The notes beneath the pieces were generated by a model. It was not told the DNA's origin, searched no databases, and saw only the letters and a program-made list of their open reading frames with translations. Made by a program: the position numbers and the translations under genes. Positions 41,118 through 54,627 of a stretch of 64,000 nt of DNA are shown here, piece after piece (position 1 is the first letter of the stretch; each line of letters starts with the position of its first letter). The stretch covers positions 868,001-932,000 of the forward strand of contig NW_026782621.1 of NCBI RefSeq assembly GCF_031769215.1, in the 5' to 3' direction. Source of the DNA: Ylistrum balloti (Eukaryota).

Positions 41118-41527
41118 TATTTCCAATATAACAAAAGCCAGTTTAAATGTGCATGACATTAATGCTCCTTTAACGTAGACACTCCTGCTTTATCAAAAAC
41201 CTATTTTCGGATCGAAGGAGGAGCGTCCTTGACCATAGCTATACGATATATGATTATCTAGTTATTGACCTCGGGTTGCACACATACACACAAGTGAATT
41301 CACCTTCAAATATAAATTAGGAATAAGATATACTACACCTTAATGGTGAATGAAACTGCATAATACTACTATTTGTCCTTCTAGGACTCGTCAATGATTC
41401 CAAGACAGTAAAGTGTTAAACTGTCGGAGGCGATTAAATAATTCCTTAAACGTAATTTTCTGATTAAACGATAAGTAATAGAACCATATCAAATCATATT
41501 TGATGCAGGGATTAGACACTTTAAAGT

Positions 41528-41600
41528 GATTAAGGATGTTAACATGTAATTAAGGATGTTAACATGTAATTAAGGGTGTTAACATGTAATTAAGGGTGTT
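41528..41600. repeat. 20-bp tandem repeat (~4 copies)
   Basis: Unit attaagg(a/g)tgttaacatgta. Confidence 0.85.
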
Positions 41601-42267
41601 ACGAAATATATGTTGATTAACGTCTACTTTGCAAAAGTGTATAAAACCTTAAATCCTGTATTTGGATTCGGGTTAACTTATGTCCTTCCTGCAACGTTAG
41701 ATTAAAAAGGGGATATATTTGCTTTTTGAATGCAAATGATATAACACGGTTCATAGAAACAATGAACAAATCGGGAAAAATTAGAGTGAAATGAGGGGAT
41801 ACTCAAATAAGCAGGCATTTCGACTCTTAAGAGCATTATATTAAGTAATAACTTGAATAACTCTCACAAACGTCTCCCCCATTTCTCCAATATAGAGACA
41901 CGCTCGTGACAAAATTAAATGAAAGAAAACATCTAAATCAATATGCCGTTAAAATGTAATTAAATTTGAAATGTATTGATAAGACGGCAAAGTTTTGAAA
42001 TATCACTTAATGTGAAGTTAAAGGGTTTTAACATCACATCGAATTCTGCCCCTTTAATCACAGACTGGTCTCAAGTGTCTCTGATATGAGGCAAGTGATC
42101 GTATCAAGATTGGATAAAGTGCATGGAGGAACGATTCTTTGGTTACTTAGCATTCATTATCTACCATCCTTAATCTTGCACAACCTACTTATCAACATGT
42201 CAATTCAGATACTGTCTGTCCACACATTATTTCCCACAGAAGCTTGTTTTGGCTGAGAGCGAGCATC

Positions 42268-43633
42268 ATGAAGGTATGTATGTAGTCATTTAATAGCAAG
42301 CGTGATGACATTCTTCACAAACGAAATCGTGTTTCGTTTTCCCAAAGAGAATGACTGTTGCAGACCAAATATGGAAATCATTAAATAGATAAATCAGGAA
42401 AAGCCACATAATCATGAAAATAACATTAAATATATTTTCTAGAAATAATTTTCAATCGAGAATAAACTTTTTCAAATCAAATATTTAACTTCATTCAAAA
42501 TGAATTTGAAAAATATATATTCATGTATGTTAAGATGTCAATTTTATTTGACTTTCAATTGTTGATTGAGTAAAATATGTAGAACATATTACATATTGAT
42601 TTTGAAAATTCACTTTGATTGTAATTTCTTTATCGTTTTTTTTTAAACAAGATGATACATTTTTTCCCATTTTTTCTGGAAGTTGATATCTTGTCAAGAA
42701 ATTCAGTGACTGTTATTGTGCGTTGAAACTTTTCCGCATTTATTAACCTCATTGTTACATTGTGACATTATGGAAACGAGAGTTTTGCTACCATCAAAAG
42801 TAGGTGAAGTTGCCCTGATTTCAATCCAGTTCGTGAAGAGAGGTCTTTTGTTGCTAGGAACGATAACATGTGATAAGGCCTATTCAGATACCATATCTAT
42901 AGCGTTGTCCTTGACATTCTAAACCCTTTATCCACGTAGTATAATACATATTGGTGATTAACAAACCATGGCATATATCGTTTTTTAATGGCAACGGATG
43001 ATGAAAAAATTCAGCTACAGATATCAATGTTGGTAACAATTTTATTAATGAACAATTAATGACTTCTTATGATGTCAACAGAGGAATATATAAAATAGGG
43101 TAAAATGCGATATGTCGGATGGAGAGGTTTAGGTCAATAACGTCTAGACTCTTTCAGCATATGTCATCCTTAAAGTGCGAAATGTTTTGATGACTTGATT
43201 TTCTTGATGTGCTATACATGCCAATCAGGTTAAATAAGCTTAAATGTTCACATGCTCTGCACTTTGCTGGGGTTAATGTATACTTCTTTTTGTATACCAT
43301 ATATGAGTGAATTGTAATTATAGTAGTGACCCAATGTTTTATTGGTAGCTCAACTCGTATGATTATAGAATATACATTTACAAAATGCAAACGTTATTAA
43401 GTAATAAGTTATAGATTTTTATAGGAACGACATGTTATTTGGAAATTGTACTTTTGGTCAACCTGCTTAATTAATCTAATCTAATTAATTGTTTGTTATG
43501 ACAATTATCGTCCAAAATTAGTTTACATATTTATAATAAATACTTGTTATACTGTTTGAGTGTTATATGCGTGCCTTCATGACTGTAATACATTTTGATT
43601 TATTTCCCTTGCTTTGTCACATTAATGTCATTC

Positions 43634-43673
<40 letters not shown>

Positions 43674-46572
43674 TGAAGATTGAATAGATTTTTCCGATAT
43701 ATATATATATATATCGGTAAAATCTATTCAATCTTCAATTTTTATTATGGTATTCTTACTACCTATGGAAATGTTGTATGTAATGGATTGCCTGTAATTC
43801 GATCGTTTTGTCTTCCTTCATAGTCTTTTTAACTCGTTAATATGAAAATGAATTATAATAACAGAATACACAAAACAATCTCATACTGCGCATGTCTTGT
43901 TTGTTGATGTCCGTAAAAACATCGGATAATTGGAATACCATCTATGTAGTTATTCTATTAACACTGATATCAAACTCACGGAGACATTTTCCATTTTGCT
44001 GAAAACACTTTAAACATATTGTTTCATCCTCCTTGGTATTTATTTAAAAACTGATAAGAAAACACTTGCCAAGTCTGGAGTGCATATTTCTTTCCTTCCT
44101 TAGTGATATAAGCTGGTTTAATAGAGTTTATCCTATTACTTACATGTACTCCAGAGAAAGAATCATAGTTGAACATTATTCTGTTTACCTAAAACTTTAC
44201 ATTCTTTAATTTATACATACGTAGAAATCATATGTGATATACAGTTTTAAATACTGATACACTTGAACATGCTTCTGAACATACTTGAACATGCTTCTGA
44301 AGCTATTGTTATTTTTTAAAAACCATATACATATTACAGCGATCATTTCTCCTGCTGGCCGTAGTGGCCCTCCTGTCTCAGGCATTCGCCCTCCCGTTTG
44401 ATGATTCTAGGAAACACAGTTTCATCACTCAACTTGCACCGGTTCCCGATAGAAACAGTTTGGGTGTGGATTTATGCCCCACCTGTATCCAGTTTACAGA
44501 TCAGGCAATCGATATCCTTCTAAACATCATACTCAGTGAGTATCTCATTCGGTAATTACATATTCATATTAAAGTGATATTATTCCTATCAATCCAGCAG
44601 CAATACTTACATATAGTAAATGCTTTCAATTTCGATGGATTCAGGATTGGGGTATTTTCCAGGATGGAATTAAAACGCGAAATAACTCATACCTTGAAAA
44701 TGAAAGCAATTGAGTTTGTCTGTTTCAATATCACCATTGAAAAACTGTCATACTTTTGTTTCATGTTGTAGTAAAACTGCGAAATTTTGAACCACCAAAA
44801 CAATTTTACAGGAATTATAGTAGTATGAAAGTGTTATGCAATTTTGTTTATTTCTTGTCTATCTAATGATTATTACAACTTCCTTTAAACATCCTACAAA
44901 AAAATTATTTTGTTCGTACTTTTTAACTGTAAAAATTGTTAAGCATTTTGTAAATACTGGGCATGACATCAGTTTACCTTTTCTGTAAAGATTCTGGAGT
45001 TGTGGGTACCTGTGGAGAAATCTGCAATGCCGTAGCTACGAAGACTGGAAGCAAAGCTCTGGGAGAAGTGTGTGTTCTCCTTTGTGATATTGTTGGTATT
45101 GATGAATTCGTCAAACTTCTGCAGCAGTAAGTATACGTTTTGTTACTGAAATGATTAGGGGACAATATAATATACTTTTCATTTGAACCTAATCAATCCT
45201 TTTCATGGAGCTTGCGTATTAGATTTGACATTTAGCTTGATTGCATTTAAAGAAGCACTCTTTTATTTAAAACGTCTAATTAATTTATCATACCGTTCAC
45301 TCGAATTAATATATTTCATATTATTTCCTCGAAACACGTGATTCTGATATGTTACAATTCATACGACTGAATCGAGTCAGGATTACGAAAGAGATTATGA
45401 CAGGATTAACTAGCAGTAAGCTATTGGTAATTTACCGTCTATATGACGTAACACAACCTTGTTCATGTAGGTGTTTTTTTCAGAGCCGACCTTGATCCAA
45501 TTTATTTCTGTGAGTTGTTGAAAACCTGTCCAATCAACGACAACGGAGACGCCAAAATCACAACCTTCACGGTAACACCTAGCTCTGGACCACAAGGTAT
45601 TGTTGCGTATTTTAATTCTTCATTATTCTAAGGCAAATTGTCAATACTCCTATGGTAATTGTTACCAGTTTTCATACATTAGATGTGACCATTAATTGTA
45701 AATAAAACTGACGGATTGTCTATTCAAATATTTCAATCACCTGATAAGATTTTTTGTACATAATTTATAAATAGGTATATCCATGAATTTATATACTGTA
45801 TTGGATACCTTTGTAAAAAGACTTTTTCTAATATGAATTTCAGTGCTTCTCTCACTGATGGTGTTTTGTTTATGTCCCTTCCTTTATATATTTTTCTTTT
45901 TGGCTGGAGATGTTAATATTTGATTTACATGTCAATTAGGCCAATTCCGGATCGATTTTGGATACACTTCAGCGAACGGAACTGGAACCGGTGAGATCGT
46001 TTTGGAAGTACAGACTGTTGATGGTATCCCCGTCGGTAAGGCGTTATTTCATTAACTGTTTAATTCTGGGAAAACATTTAGTATAATTTAGTATCGATAA
46101 GGTATGTCATGACTATGAATCATATTTGCAATGATTTTGGTTTTAATGCAGAAAGTGGATTCATCCATGAGCTTGCAAATCCAGGGAACTACAGCTCTAG
46201 CTTCTCTCTAAAAGCTGAGCCAGACCCGTCATGTGATCCAACTCAAGAACCTTGTGAGCAATGGATTCCGGGAGACTACGGCGTTAAAATAGGTAAAATG
46301 TCAGAAGTTTCAGTCAAGTTATTATGATATATTCATAATACTATGAACAGATACAATACGGAGTATTGATAAAAACAATTGCTTTCCATACTTGATATTA
46401 AAGGCAGACTACTATTAAGCTAAATACAAATTTGATTTCATTTATGAAATTAATATGTATTGACTGAAATGTGATATTGTTTACAGCTATCTGTAATGGC
46501 GAGTGCGGTAGCAAACATCCTCACAGTGCTATATATGACGAGGGAATGACAAACTTCACCATCACCGGCTAA
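42268..46572 (+). CDS. Secreted countin-like protein (saposin-B-like domain plus C-terminal beta-rich domain)
   Basis: Exons 42268-42273 (ATGAAG|gt), 44340-44535, 44991-45126, 45484-45596, 45940-46035, 46152-46292, 46487-46572, giving 257 aa. Signal peptide MKRSFLLLAVVALLSQAFA. Saposin cysteine pattern CPTC...CGEIC...CVLLC...FCELLKTC. C-terminal GTGTGE...DGIP...CEQWIPG.Y...CNGECGSKHPHS, as in countin-family proteins. Confidence 0.88.
43629..43740. repeat. (AT)n run followed by a 70-bp near-perfect palindrome
   Basis: aattgaagattgaatagatttttccgat-(AT)n-atcggtaaaatctattcaatcttcaatt (43671-43740), with one mismatch in the arms. Confidence 0.9.
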
Positions 46573-46826
46573 GTATTTCAGTAATACACTCAACAGGTGT
46601 CGAATAAGTCAACGTCTTTTATTTCGATATTGCCATTTTTATTGAACACCTGATAGATAAGTATCAGGTCAGCGATACTGCATTACAAAAAACAAATAAA
46701 GATCATATAAATTATGTCTCCCCTTGTGCTGTTTATTAAATTTAAATTTTAAATTTAGGAACCTATCAGAAGAATCTGAAGAAGTGCTGTTGTCCTTTTC
46801 AACACCAAACATTTGAAAAGAGCAAC

Positions 46827-49800
46827 TCAGTTGGAACTGTCAGGGAAAACGTGGAAAGAGTCTGCAATATAGAGAAAAAAAAGCTTGCAATGTGATTTTT
46901 TCAGAAAACAAAATATGTCATATATTTCTACAGATATTTTACACTCTGCAAATTGCACTATATTACACTATCCAGTAAATAATCCTGATGAAATGCGATA
47001 CGAAATATTTGTGGAAAACAGAACTCTATTTATTTGCAGTGTGAATTGATTAACCACTCTAATAACTGATCAAAGCAGTCAAACTTTCACACGCATATAA
47101 CTTCAGGCTTTACCTATTGCAGTGGTAGCGATACCGGGTAAGGGAGTAGTGAGTGCTGGGGATGTTCCTACAATGAAAAAGAAAAATGTAATGATAATGC
47201 CTTCACAGATTACATAATTTGAAAATGTTCTTACTTTTCAAACTAATGACAATAATTATGAGGAAAATTTCATTGAAAGGTGGAAATATATCACTATATC
47301 GGAAAGGCAAAAAAGAGCATGATTAAAAACATCGAGAAAATACCAACATGGCAATATGATTATAATCCAAGCTCGAATTCAATAAAACTAGGGTAAAATA
47401 TGAACAAAATAAAGATTAACAAGGAGACTCCTGAAAATTTTGAAGGAATGTGTTCCAGAAGAGTAAGCTTCGTCCGCTTCATCGACGACACTTCCAGCTT
47501 CATGTCACACAAAGAGATGGAATATTTCTCAATGATATCACAACGGCGACCATAAAATTTCCCAATAATTTTCATCAACCTTCATCTATTGAATCCCTGT
47601 GTTACGAGTTTGTCCGTCAAATGACGACTTCTTGCACGAAAATCGTGAAAATGGGAAGTGACCCTTGAAAATCGAATCAACTGTTACATGTTAACACCAT
47701 AGGTTGGGATACAGGGTTACTGCTATAAGGAACTGAAAAAATCACAATAGGGAAATTGAAATCATCACGTTTATCATATAGCTTGATAAAAAGCTGTCTA
47801 TGTTGGTTTCGTTGTAGGAAAAGATCGAGATAAGCTGCTGATGAAAACGAGTCTTTCGTGTCTTTAATTTCCAGTTCTGGTGGATATATACGATGGACGT
47901 AGTCAATAAGTTTCTTTTTATTTAAAGACAAGATGTCATCAATATATCCGAAGATGAAATTAAACGACTTTGCAAGGTCTTTGTGACTTGTTCTGATAAG
48001 CTCTTCAATAAATACAGGCTCGTATGAAAAACTAGTTAGCAAACAGAGGGGTTGTTAGTTCCCATAGGTATGTCAATGGTCTACTGGAAGATCTTACCAC
48101 CAAATTAGACGAAGATGTTGTCAACTCGATCATTTCTATGATGACGTCCCCCGTTTCTTTCTTTGATTTGGACGCATATTTTACGAAATACACAATACCA
48201 AAACGTTGTTTTATACTGATTCTTGTAAAGTTTAAGATCCAATTTAAACGTGGGAGGTCCTTATCCGTATCATTATATATATCTAATTATATTTTGCAAC
48301 TTAGAGCCTCTTAAGAAAATTATTTCAAAGGGGAAGTGAGTTACGACCTTTTATAGAGTGTTTACAGTAATCGTTGAAAATCTTATTACTTACCTGCACA
48401 TATAGCATCATGAATCATATGTCTGAGGGACGTTAAGGCATTTGCGCTACTGATATGGTAGGTGTGATGACCATCGAGTGCCAAGGCATTAAATTCATTC
48501 ATGTTCAATCCATTTCCTATTCCAATTGCAATGCCTGTCATATTGGTAGTTTGGTGTAGCTTGGTTGCCTCTCTGACAAATAAGGAATGACTCGACGATG
48601 GACCATTGGTTATGAGAATGACAAACGCCTTTACTCCAGTTCTCGCGCCTCTAGCAGGGGTGAGGGTATGTGTACGCACTAAGTGTAATCCAACCCACGA
48701 ATCTTGTGCACCTCCAATATACGGAGTTCTCTGTATGGCGCTGATTAACGCCGATTTACTATGATATTGCAACAGTTCAACACTGGCACTTGCTCGTGCT
48801 CCAAAAGTGACTAGTCCAAACTGAACATCACCAGGACTATTGGGGAACTCATTGACCACTTCAGACATAAACGAAAGAGATTTCTGGAAATTCGATGGTC
48901 CCTCTGCACCTGATGCATCTATGGCGAATACTACGTCTGCTGTACAAGCTGAAAAACAGAATAATAGATTCCGTCTGTATACATATATATTTCTGCGATA
49001 TCAATACCAATTGGTCATAATTGGTTTAATATTGTTAGCATCCCAATAACAGCCGTGGTCATGTAATGGCGCAATGAGTTATGGTGTGTGCAATAACAAT
49101 AAAAAAAAAACTATAAAAAAAATCACATGAGTTCACTCCTGCTATAAATAGTAAGGTATAGAGTTATTCGATTCGAAAAATGAAGGAATTTGAAGTAACG
49201 AAAAAAATCTTTTGCCCAACAAATAACAAAGAAGGTCATATAGGCAGAATGTTATCACTATGTTAATAAAGTGGAGAAATACTGAATGAACAACACTGCC
49301 TTTAGTAACATCTTACCTGAGCTTGTTCCTGTTGGTGAGGTTCCTAAATGATAGAAGACATGTGATTACCTAGCATTATTACATGTGAATTCATTATCAT
49401 CAATTTCATTAGCTAAATAAGATATTGCTTTGATAACATTTATGTTTAATCTCTCTCTATTTATAAGTATTTCCCATTGCAGATTAAAAATAGTAGAATG
49501 TCAAACGGAAAATTAGTTAGTTTTTAATTGATTAACTACATTTACAAACACAGGGAAAAACAATATTATGGATGTTGGTAACAGATGATGATAGAAATTG
49601 CTTAAACATTGGTATAGAAATTATATATTCCCTCGATATTTTTATTGTTTTGTTTTTGTTTTTTGTTTTTGCATTAGGTCATAGTGAAGACGATTCACTA
49701 TGGTGCATCTCAATGTTAGCAAAAAAGCAAAAAAAGTGATTGTTTGTAAAATTAGATTAAGCGTCTAATAAGAGACGGTTTTTTTGTGTAATTCTTACCG

Positions 49801-52800
49801 CCACCACCTCCACAGGCAGAGTCCTTTATTTCGGACTGAATGGTATGTAGAGCGTCGAAATTGTCGACATTGAACACATGTTGTTGGTCCGTTGCCATAG
49901 ATACAAGCTCTGTTTGGGCGATACCGTTCCCTATTCCAATACTGATAATCTTAACGCCCATTTGTTTCAGCAAGTCCGCCTCATGGATTGTATCTGTACG
50001 GCTCTGGGATTGCCCGTCTGTTAATACTATTGCAATTTTCTGTGCATTATGCCGAGCGCCATGAGTGACGGAAAACTGAAATCGCCTTGCGTATTGTAAG
50101 CCTAATTCGGTATGAGTGGTACTGCCAATATAGGCGATATTTTGTAGCTTATTTACAATGTCCTGCTGATTGTTGTACGTGTTTAAGTAGAATTCATTTA
50201 GAGCGTCTATTGAAAACGTAACCAGGCCAAATTGGACATCATGTGGACCTATTTTGAAGTTTGTGACGAAGTCTGTCATAAATTGTAACTGTTTATTGAA
50301 GTTGCTAGAGCCCTCACTTCCAGACGAATCCAAAATAAATACGATATCTGCAGGCTTTGTTCCACATTCTGTAAAACACAGGTACGTATTAAGTGCATAT
50401 TTCACGAAAGTATTGGGGGAAATTTTCGTCAACATTTCATCTATTGTCATGTAAACAAGAGGTGGAAATAAGAAAGTTAGCTTTTATCTGTGTGCATCGT
50501 TTTCATGTTTCTCCGTATTATGTATAAGATCTGTTATTTAATTAGTGTTTTTATGACGTGAAGAACAACACGCCAACATTACATTTCTTGGACACGGTGA
50601 TATCAACATTGACATAACACCCACGTAATATCCGACCTACATACTACTATATTTGTGATATCAGCAGAAAAAATCAATCGGGTAGAACGGGTATTGATTT
50701 TGAAGGAATAGCAATCTTATGAGCAGTCACGTGACTTACCTGTGGAGACAGTTGTGACGGGAGGAGCAGTACCTACAAGATTGTATAGAAAACCATCAGG
50801 TGAAGAGCATATTTCAATACAATTTAGAATTATATACTGTTGAGCTAAAAAAGTATTTAACCCTATCAATTAACCGTTTAGCTCTTTTAGGACTCTTCAA
50901 CGATGCTAAGGGTTTATATTGCGAGCCAAGGGAAAAAAGGGTCCAAAGTTGGCAATGGACTATCTGATAATTTTGATTGATTTTCAAAAAGGATTATAAT
51001 CGAACAAAACACTTGTATATGTATACGTGGTTTACCAGTCCTTACGTTTATAATTATCGTATCAACAAAATAAAATTTCGACTTGAGATAACGCCGTGAC
51101 TCATAATCAAAAATCAAAAACAAATTGCCACGGAATTTGACCATATTTTTAAAATATCCGCCAGCAAAGTGATCGACATTGGTATTCCATCATGAAAGGT
51201 TCAAATATCGAAGTTGGTAATGACAGTATATATATTTCCTATCATAAAATTTTCCCCTCCGTTCTGTGGAGAAAATGTCTTATTCACAGTTCTTTTTTCT
51301 ACACGAAATTCGGCATAGATAAACACTCGAGTAACATATACCAGCTTACACTATTGAAATTGAATAACTACATTGTTCTTTGTCTTTTTTATCATAAAAA
51401 AACAAAAATCAGTAATGAGTTATCTGTTAACTACCACCGAGTACAAAAACAGTGATGTATAGGACTCGAAAAATCGAATCCTGAACTCATTCTTTGCCTT
51501 TGGGACTCACCATACCTACATTATGTCAAAGTATTGTGACTCTCATCAACATTTTGGAAAAGGAATCTGGACTCGCCTGTCGCCTGATAAAATCCTACAA
51601 AAGTACAAAAGTATTGCCGAATTTGCACTTACCACCACACGCCGTGTTTTCCAATTCTGACTGAATCGTATGTAACGCATCGAATGTAGCCACTGTGAAC
51701 ACATGATTGGTGTCAGAAGCAATGCCGTCAATTTCAGTTTGACTTACTTGCGTACCGATACCAACACTTATGACCGTTACACCCTGTTGCTTCAATAACG
51801 TTGCTTCACTTAGTGTCGTTGCGCGGCTCTGCGACTGACCATCCGTCAAAACGACAGCAATTTTCTTAGCATTAGGCCGTAAACCATGACTGGATGAAAA
51901 CTGGTATAGCCTTGCGTATTGCAGTCCTAGTTCAGTATGCGTGGTGCTCCCTCTATAGGAAACATTCTGTAGTTTGGCCATTATATCTATTTTGTTGTGA
52001 TAAGTGTCCAGATAAAATTCGTTTTTCACTATATCGGAAAAAGTAACCAAACCAACCTGAATGTTCTGTGGACCGATGTTTGCGTTATTCACAAAATTAC
52101 TTACAAACTGAAGTTCTTTTTGAAAATTAGGTAGTCCTTCACTTCCAGATGAATCCAAGATGAAAACGACATCTGCTTCTGCAGTTTTGCAGGCTACAAT
52201 TAACGCGAACATCCACATATTAATTCATTTAAGACATATTTGTTGTATTGCGTTTTATGTTTGAATGCTCGAAATGTTTTCCCATATAAATCTAGTGCTA
52301 CCTTGTAAGAACATATGGCTATTGATAATTATTTATTTTAATGATTAAATGAAGTAGCACATATGTGTTTGAGTATTTAGTGTCGTGAAAAAAATGAGTT
52401 TTACATGAAAGAAAGATTGAATAATTACACATCAATTTTTAACACAGACATTTATTTTTATTTCTAGTAAATAATACTCGGAACAACTTACTGGTTAATG
52501 GCGCAGGTGTAGCGACTGAAGAAAATAAATTGAAATATGACAAGAACAAAAATAAATTGAATGAATATGAGTACACATATCGGTTCGTTACATATTATAT
52601 AAGCTATAAGCTTTTGTTACTGTAAGGGTTGACGTTTTCTATTGCTCAAAATTTCGTGGTTTTACCAAAACCTTGAGAAAATGCTTTTTTTTCACTTAAG
52701 TCATGAGCCGGTTTTCTGCGATTTCATTTTCAACATCATTATTTCTTTTTGAGGTTTTATTCACAGTATTGCCATGTTGTCAAACTCTTACTGTTACACG

Positions 52801-54627
52801 TCGTTGCAGCCAAGCTATGCTGGATGGAGGCCAAAGCGAGGAAACTGTCTACTGTTAACACATGCTTGGAGTCACTGGCGATGGCTTGTAATTCAGACAT
52901 GCTCACTCCATTGCCTATACCTATCGCCACCACTTCAATTCCAGCTTGATGTGCTTGAGCAGCCATTGTTGCTGTACCTTGACCATCCTGGGATTGACCA
53001 TCGGTCATCACCACCATGATATGTGTAACATCCGTACGCATGCCATGAGTTGATGAAAAACCCTGGGTAGTAACGAAATTGATGCCTTCTCCGGTATTCG
53101 TGTTGCCGGAAATGTACGGGACATGGTTGATTGCACTCTGAAGACTGACCTCATTATGATAGGAATTCAACCAAAACTGATAGTTCACGTGTGATGAAAA
53201 TGACGTCAAGCCAATCTGGACGTTGTTTGGACCGATATCGTAAATTGTTGTTAAGTTCTTCACAAAATCTAACTGACGATTGAAGTTCTGCTGGCCTTCG
53301 CTGGTTGAAGAATCAAGCAAAAAGATAATGTCTGCCTTTTGACCTCGACAGTCTGAAAATAATTTGAAATTTAAACCCAATATTAATTCCGCATACGCAG
53401 TTGTCAAAACGATAAAATGATAGCACAATTTATTTTTTGGCAAATTAGTTACGGGTCAGGTATCGTTTTTATGAACAGTTGTGGATTTTACATGTGTTTC
53501 CTTAGAGGCAAAGATAAAAACTCACCGTGGTTATTAATTCTTTATATATATCCATACTGTTGAAAGATTGTACAAGTGAATAGTACCTTTTAATAATTTA
53601 GAATTAGATGCAGAACCAAAGAATGAACTAAACTGCATGATACAGCCGTTTTGTCCTTTTAAGACGGCTTGGCAGTAACGCTAACTTTTGAGGAGTAGGT
53701 GGCAGGTAAACAACATTAATGATACAAATTATGAAAACAGGTTCTAAATGAATTAACATCATATTCCTCCTCATAAAACAATGTTTTACATAACAATAGG
53801 TATTCAATTAAAAAAATCCCGATTCCCTGTTATGTAGAGTGATTCAGAATAGGTATAACGAAGAACACAACTTATGACATCTTATAGAAATAAAACATAA
53901 ACAATCAGGGAGTTACGCAAGCTGTCCTGCAAAAAAAAATGTTAGAAATACTGACAGACTTATATCATCAGTATTACTCTCCATCGCTTCCAATTCAATC
54001 TTCATTAACATATGGAAATAACAAAATAGAGTTGAATTGAAATACTTTTCCCGATGATTCTGAGAACACCAGTAAGCACAAGGATGATAAGATTAACAAA
54101 ATTCAGAACATTGGCCTCAATGTAGTGGGGTTTGTTCATCGCCTACATTTGAGCTTTCGATGCCACATTGTTCCTATAAAGGTATGAAGGTAAGAAAATG
54201 CGCTGAGCTTGCCTGCCGAGTGTTGAAAGTTTGTAATTATTGTTCATTGCAATGGACTGTGCAAAAATTGTGGAAAGTAAACAATGATTAAAAATAGATT
54301 AACGAACATCATTTGATCATATGGATTAAATGAATCAATAAACTTTCTAACTCTGTTTTTCCCCATTTCTGGTCACTCATGACTACCATTTATTACAATA
54401 ATAATGAGAAAAATGGATAAAATGTTTATCTGTGAAATCAGTAACAGGCTGCATGAAACATGCAAACTAGCCTGATATTTCATATTTGCTTTTCAATCAC
54501 ACTTAAATATCCATTGTTACATAAAACGCGCGTGTTCTACCTTACCAGGTGTTGCTTGAGCATTAATCAAGGATGTGTAAAAGGCTATCAAAAGCACTGT
54601 AATGCTGCATTTGAAGCAATCCGCCAT
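46827..54627 (-). CDS. Secreted 4x von Willebrand factor A domain protein (matrilin/collagen VI-like VWA, no triple helix) - 'VWA gene B'
   Basis: Signal exon 54627-54546 (MADCFKCSITVLLIAFYTSLINAQATP). VWA exons 53352-52792, 52193-51633, 50368-49799, 48948-48394. Linker micro-exons 52515-52492, 50772-50740, 49343-49317. All internal exons are phase 1-1. The terminal exon 46861-46827 (DSFHVFPDSSN*) is tentative; alternatively the frame ends GK* at 48386. About 815 aa. Confidence 0.85.
47500..48128 (-). mobile_element. Decayed Penelope-like reverse transcriptase fragment
   Basis: Translation with stops and frameshifts gives DNIFV*FGGKIFQ*TIDIPMGTN...YIDDILSLN...IYPPELEIKDT...AAYLDL...KLYDKRDDFNFPIV...YGV..QLIRFSR...GKFYGR. 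These are typical PLE RT motifs. Confidence 0.88.
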
